Of a stretch of 20,025 bases of DNA, positions 16,162-20,025 are shown in pieces (the first letter of the stretch is position 1; every line of letters begins with the position of its first letter). Source of the stretch: an uncultured Fibrobacterales bacterium (GTDB lineage Bacteria > Fibrobacterota > Fibrobacteria > Fibrobacterales > CAWVXU01); contig CAWVXU010000049.1 in NCBI GenBank assembly GCA_963934255.1, positions 1 to 20,025 on the forward strand, in the 5' to 3' direction. A program made the translations under genes and the position numbers. The notes below the pieces were generated by a model that was not told the DNA's origin, did no database searches, and saw only the letters and a list, made by a program, of their open reading frames with translations.

Positions 16162-17228
16162 TCTAACTGAAAAAGTATCACCTTCGCTTGATTCCCCGCA
16201 GCCGAGGTAGTGTCATCAATCTGTTGGGTGATGTTAACCGATTCTACTTCATGTGTATTTAACTTTAAATCAAATTGAAGCGAAGAAATAATCGCACCAG
16301 ATTCGTTCGTTGTTTCCAAACGCCACAATCCTTCTCGAAGATTAGATTTTCGGCTAAACAAACGCCAACCATTTACTCGCCCGCCGCTAGCTAAATGAAG
16401 AGGAATGTTATCTATAAGCTTATATTTATTATCTGATTTGTTTTGATACCACCATTTGTGGAAAAGTTTCGCATCCACTCCACTAGGAGCAAATACTGAA
16501 GTAAGGTAAAATAAAGGCTTGCCTTGAGTGTGCTCAATTAAATTTTCTTCAAAAAAGCCACCTTGATATAAAAGCTTCGCTTGGTATTTCTCTTTCACTA
16601 AGTCACTTCCTATGAACTGTGATTTCAAAACAAGTGGTACAGGTGGTAAAAAATTCCCTATCCAAAGGACAAGCAATACTATACCAGCAATGACGAGAGG
16701 TGCCTTCAGCAGAATTTTTAATTTTTTCGAAATAAAATAGATTACAGTTAGTGAAATAATTAGGCTCAAGTAAAACCATAAGCTCCATACTGATTTGAGT
16801 AAATGAGGGATAACAAAATTCAAAAACATCATAGTCACCCACCAAAGTACCATCAATCTTATTTTATCGCCAAACTTCTTTTCTCCAACAAATTCATTGA
16901 GTGTCATTGAAACAGCAAGGGCAATAATGATCAGAAAACTCCCCCAAGATGCTGCACTTTTAAAATACAGGATTAATAAAGCCGACAGCAGCGTACCAAC
17001 GCTAAAATGATAGCCCAAAATCGCCCATTTTTGGACCTTACTCTCCAGTAAAAAAAGACATCCAAAGGCACCGAGTAAATAAATTGTAAGCAAATAAAGA
17101 TCTAAAGATGTCACAATTTGCCCTAGAGTCCATGAATCCCAGCAAAAACCACCTAAAAACCCAAAAAGTGGGGCCCATTTAGTCACCCACTCTTTTGCAA
17201 TAATCAATTTAGATTCGTTGCTTTGCAT
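16158..17228 (-). CDS. DUF2914-domain multi-TM membrane protein, ~356 aa
   Basis: About 7-8 TM helices starting with FLGGFCWDSWTL, then FLPPVPLVLK and a soluble domain with TSVFAPSG..LFHKWWY..GGRVNGWRLFSRK..GLWRLETT. Start placed at ATG 17228 (GAGG RBS) rather than 17249. Its stop overlaps the stop of the convergent gene. Confidence 0.8.
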   Translation of the reverse strand: MQSNESKLIIAKEWVTKWAPLFGFLGGFCWDSWTLGQIVTSLDLYLLTIYLLGAFGCLFLLESKVQKWAILGYHFSVGTLLSALLILYFKSAASWGSFLIIIALAVSMTLNEFVGEKKFGDKIRLMVLWWVTMMFLNFVIPHLLKSVWSLWFYLSLIISLTVIYFISKKLKILLKAPLVIAGIVLLVLWIGNFLPPVPLVLKSQFIGSDLVKEKYQAKLLYQGGFFEENLIEHTQGKPLFYLTSVFAPSGVDAKLFHKWWYQNKSDNKYKLIDNIPLHLASGGRVNGWRLFSRKSNLREGLWRLETTNESGAIISSLQFDLKLNTHEVESVNITQQIDDTTSAAGNQAKVILFQLD

Positions 17229-17312
17229 AGACGCCTCAGAAGTTATCATTTTTTTTTATCTTTGGGGTTATGAAAATTAAAATTTGGTTCCCCTTTATTA
17301 TTGGGAGATAAT

Positions 17313-19943
17313 ATGAATAAATCTAAATCCTTACTCGATAGATACAAAGAACTAGTTTCTGTACGTTACCAACTTTATAATAGCCTGTTTTTAACGCTAC
17401 CTTATGAAGAGCTTGAGTCTGTTGGAAACAAACTACCATTATTTGCTGAACATTGCGCAAGTCAACTTGAAACTGGTCTCTCACCTAAAGTCGTTGTTGA
17501 GTCATTTATCGCTGAATCCTTTGAAAAAGACGGACAAGAATATACAAATGGTGTTTTATTCCGAATTTTACAACTCGTTGAGCGTCAAGTTGTGCTATTT
17601 GATGCCATTGAAGAAGCAAGCTTTACTGACATCAACGAAATGAATGGTGCTGGCACCCTTGAACACTTTTTGAGTCAAGTTGAGTCCGAAAACAAAGGAA
17701 AAGAACTTTTTGACCTTCTTGATGATTATCGTATTCGGATTGTTTTGACGGCACACCCTACTCAATTCTACCCTGAGGCTGTGCTGGGTATTATTACAGA
17801 CCTATCTAAAGCAATTGCTGGAAATGATGTTTCAGGCATACGTGAACTTCTTGTTCAAATGGGCCGTACTCGATTTAAAAATAATGAAAAACCAACTCCG
17901 CTTAAAGAAGCCAAGTCAATCATTCATTACCTAAAAGATATTTTTTATACTGTCATTCCTGAAATCCAAGAACGCGTTCAACAACGGTTTATTGATTCTC
18001 CTCAAATCCAACCACACGCTCTTATTGAATTAGGATTCTGGCCTGGTGGTGACCGTGATGGCAATCCATTTGTCACTCATGAAACAACTAAAGATGTAGC
18101 TCACGAATTAAAAGTTGAAGTGCTTAAACTTTACATTGGCGATATCACACAACTTAAACGCCGCCTCACAATGAATGGTTCTTATACTCGTTTATTGAAA
18201 ATTGAAGCAAAGCTTAATGACACACTAGACACAGTATTAGACGGCCGGGATCGTGAAATTTATAACTCAGCTGATGAGTTAACAAGTGAATTACAAGAGC
18301 TGGGTCAATTCATTATTGAGAAACAAACTGGTCTCAATCTTGATTACTTATACAGCTTCATTTCGAAGATTAAAATCTTTGGATTCCACTTTGCAAGCAT
18401 GGATTTACGTCAAGATTCTGACATACATGACGCAGCCATTTCTGAAATTATTCATCATTTTAAAAAATCAGCACCTGATAGTTCTACTGATCTTCAAAAC
18501 TATGATGATTTAGATGACACTAAAAAACTAGAGGTCCTTAGTGAGCTTCTTAAAATTGATATGCCTGTCGGTTTAGAGCAGATTAAATTTCCAAGTGAAC
18601 TCACAGCTGAAACCCTCAAATCAATTCAAGTCGGACGAGAGATTCAAAATACCAATGGAACTCAAGGCCTTCACCGATACATCATTTCAAACACCCAAAC
18701 TGCGCTAGATATTTTTGAACCTCTTGTTTTAGCTCACCTTTCTGGTTGGAAGCATGAAGAGACAAATTTAGATATCACTCCATTGTTTGAAACAATCGAA
18801 GATCTTGACAACTCTCGTGGTATCATGGATGTACTTTATTCAAATCCTGTTTATTTAACACATCTAAAACGCCGTGGAATGCGTCAACATGTGATGCTAG
18901 GCTTCTCTGATGGAACCAAAGATGGTGGTTACTTGACTGCTAACTGGGGAATTTACACAGCCAAAAAGGCTTTAACGGATATTTCAAGACAACACGGTGT
19001 TCATGTCACATTCTTTGATGGACGAGGTGGACCTCCTGCACGTGGTGGTGGTAATACTCATAAATTCTACCGTTCACTAGGTCCTTCTATTGAGCATGAC
19101 AATATCCATTTGACTATTCAAGGGCAAACAATTTCGTCAAATTTTGGTCATCTCAATGCAGCACGCTATAATATGGAACAAATGTTTACAGCAGGCCTTG
19201 AATCTTTACTTTTCCATGGTGACAAACATGACCTAAGTAACGAACAAGAAGCTTTACTTGGTGAACTTTCAAATGTTTCAAAGCAGATGTACATTGACTT
19301 CAAAGAAAACCCTGTTTTCACTTCTTACCTTGAAGAAATGACACCACTTAAGTATTATGATCGCCTTAATATTGGTTCACGCCCAGCCAAACGTAAAAAG
19401 ACCGCTAAACTAAAGTTGTCGGATTTAAGAGCCATTCCTTTTGTAGGCTCATGGTCACAAATTAAACAAAACATTCCAGGTTTTTATGGTTTAGGTACTG
19501 CACTTGAATCTGTGATAGAGACTCGTGAAGCTGATATAATAGAGATGTATGAATCAAGTATGTTCTTTAGAACTCTTGTCGAAAATGCTATGCAGAGTTT
19601 AAGTAAAACATATTTCCCGCTGACACAGTACCTTTCTGATCATGAAAAATATGGACCATTTTGGACCAATATTCACGAAGAAGCGATCAAAACCATTGCT
19701 ATTTTGAAAAAGATTTCAGGCCAAACTGAACTCCTTGATGTGAGTCCTAGGATTAAAGAATCAATTGCATTAAGAGAAAAAATTGTCTTACCTCTGCTTG
19801 CTATACAGCAGTATGCACTTGACTCAGTAAGACGCCATGAAATTGGTGAAATCATATTATCAGAAGAACAAGTTGAAGCATTTCGTAAGATGGTTGTGAA
19901 GTCCCTTGCAGCTAATATCAACGCAAGTAGAAACTCAGCATAA
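17313..19943 (+). CDS. ppc: Phosphoenolpyruvate carboxylase (bacterial type), ~876 aa
   Basis: VLTAHPTQ (catalytic His), GFWPGGDRDGNPFV, PLFETIEDL, VMLGFSDGTKDGG, FFDGRGGPPARGGG, TIQGQ, IGSRPAKR, LRAIPF, C-terminal RNSA. GGAG RBS before ATG 17313. Confidence 0.96.
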   Translation: MNKSKSLLDRYKELVSVRYQLYNSLFLTLPYEELESVGNKLPLFAEHCASQLETGLSPKVVVESFIAESFEKDGQEYTNGVLFRILQLVERQVVLFDAIEEASFTDINEMNGAGTLEHFLSQVESENKGKELFDLLDDYRIRIVLTAHPTQFYPEAVLGIITDLSKAIAGNDVSGIRELLVQMGRTRFKNNEKPTPLKEAKSIIHYLKDIFYTVIPEIQERVQQRFIDSPQIQPHALIELGFWPGGDRDGNPFVTHETTKDVAHELKVEVLKLYIGDITQLKRRLTMNGSYTRLLKIEAKLNDTLDTVLDGRDREIYNSADELTSELQELGQFIIEKQTGLNLDYLYSFISKIKIFGFHFASMDLRQDSDIHDAAISEIIHHFKKSAPDSSTDLQNYDDLDDTKKLEVLSELLKIDMPVGLEQIKFPSELTAETLKSIQVGREIQNTNGTQGLHRYIISNTQTALDIFEPLVLAHLSGWKHEETNLDITPLFETIEDLDNSRGIMDVLYSNPVYLTHLKRRGMRQHVMLGFSDGTKDGGYLTANWGIYTAKKALTDISRQHGVHVTFFDGRGGPPARGGGNTHKFYRSLGPSIEHDNIHLTIQGQTISSNFGHLNAARYNMEQMFTAGLESLLFHGDKHDLSNEQEALLGELSNVSKQMYIDFKENPVFTSYLEEMTPLKYYDRLNIGSRPAKRKKTAKLKLSDLRAIPFVGSWSQIKQNIPGFYGLGTALESVIETREADIIEMYESSMFFRTLVENAMQSLSKTYFPLTQYLSDHEKYGPFWTNIHEEAIKTIAILKKISGQTELLDVSPRIKESIALREKIVLPLLAIQQYALDSVRRHEIGEIILSEEQVEAFRKMVVKSLAANINASRNSA

Positions 19944-19983
19944 TGAAAAACTCCAACTATTCAAACAATAGTGAAAACTCCAG

Positions 19984-20025
19984 CCATGAGCGTAGCGATG
20001 GTAAACGTAATGAGCGTAGCGATGG
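19984..20025 (+). repeat. Tandem direct repeat ATGAGCGTAGCGATGG (two copies, 24-nt period), truncated by the window edge; REP-like mini-hairpin unit
   Basis: Identical 16-mers at 19986-20001 and 20010-20025. The first copy sits in CCAT-GAGCGTAGCG-ATGG, a short stem around a GC-GTA-GC tri-loop. Confidence 0.7.

Noticed and set aside
10812..19921. Short ORFs 10812-11021, 13686-13877, 16603-16845, 17404-17643, 18286-18513 and 19673-19921
   Set aside because: All lie fully inside confidently assigned genes, in another frame or on the other strand, and have no motifs.
19986..20025. CRISPR array
   Set aside because: A 16-nt repeat with an 8-nt spacer is far too short, only two copies are visible, and no cas genes are in the window.

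Overview
AT-rich bacterial chromosomal window, gene-dense, with no rRNA, tRNA, CRISPR array or mobile element that I can recognise. The gene set (FlgD-Ig/T9SS-CTD-like cargo proteins, a PorV/PorQ-like barrel, futalosine-pathway MqnE, a variant PEP carboxylase) suggests an FCB-superphylum organism, possibly Fibrobacterota; this is inference. Gene order: structured non-coding segment (1-284); dusB-family gene (-); a divergent sigma70-like promoter overlapped by a palindrome; an overlapping 4-gene run of HU/IHF, a putative outer-membrane barrel, a 1382-aa secreted multi-beta-sandwich protein with a FlgD-Ig/CTD-like tail, and a CsgG/TolB_N-like-PorV fusion; a ~496-codon membrane+TPR gene broken by four lesions (8912-10400); PHP phosphoesterase; mqnE (-); cvpA, M23 peptidase, a lamin-tail-domain protein with a CTD-like tail and a small barrel-like protein; DUF2914-type membrane protein (-); ppc; and a tandem GAGCGTAGCGA mini-hairpin repeat at the right edge. 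The most interesting signals are two 'CTD cargo + adjacent barrel' modules (one with an unusual fused PorV-like protein), the four-lesion pseudogene, and a pair of related minus-strand hairpins downstream of dusB. All family assignments come from motif recognition by eye; no searches were run.
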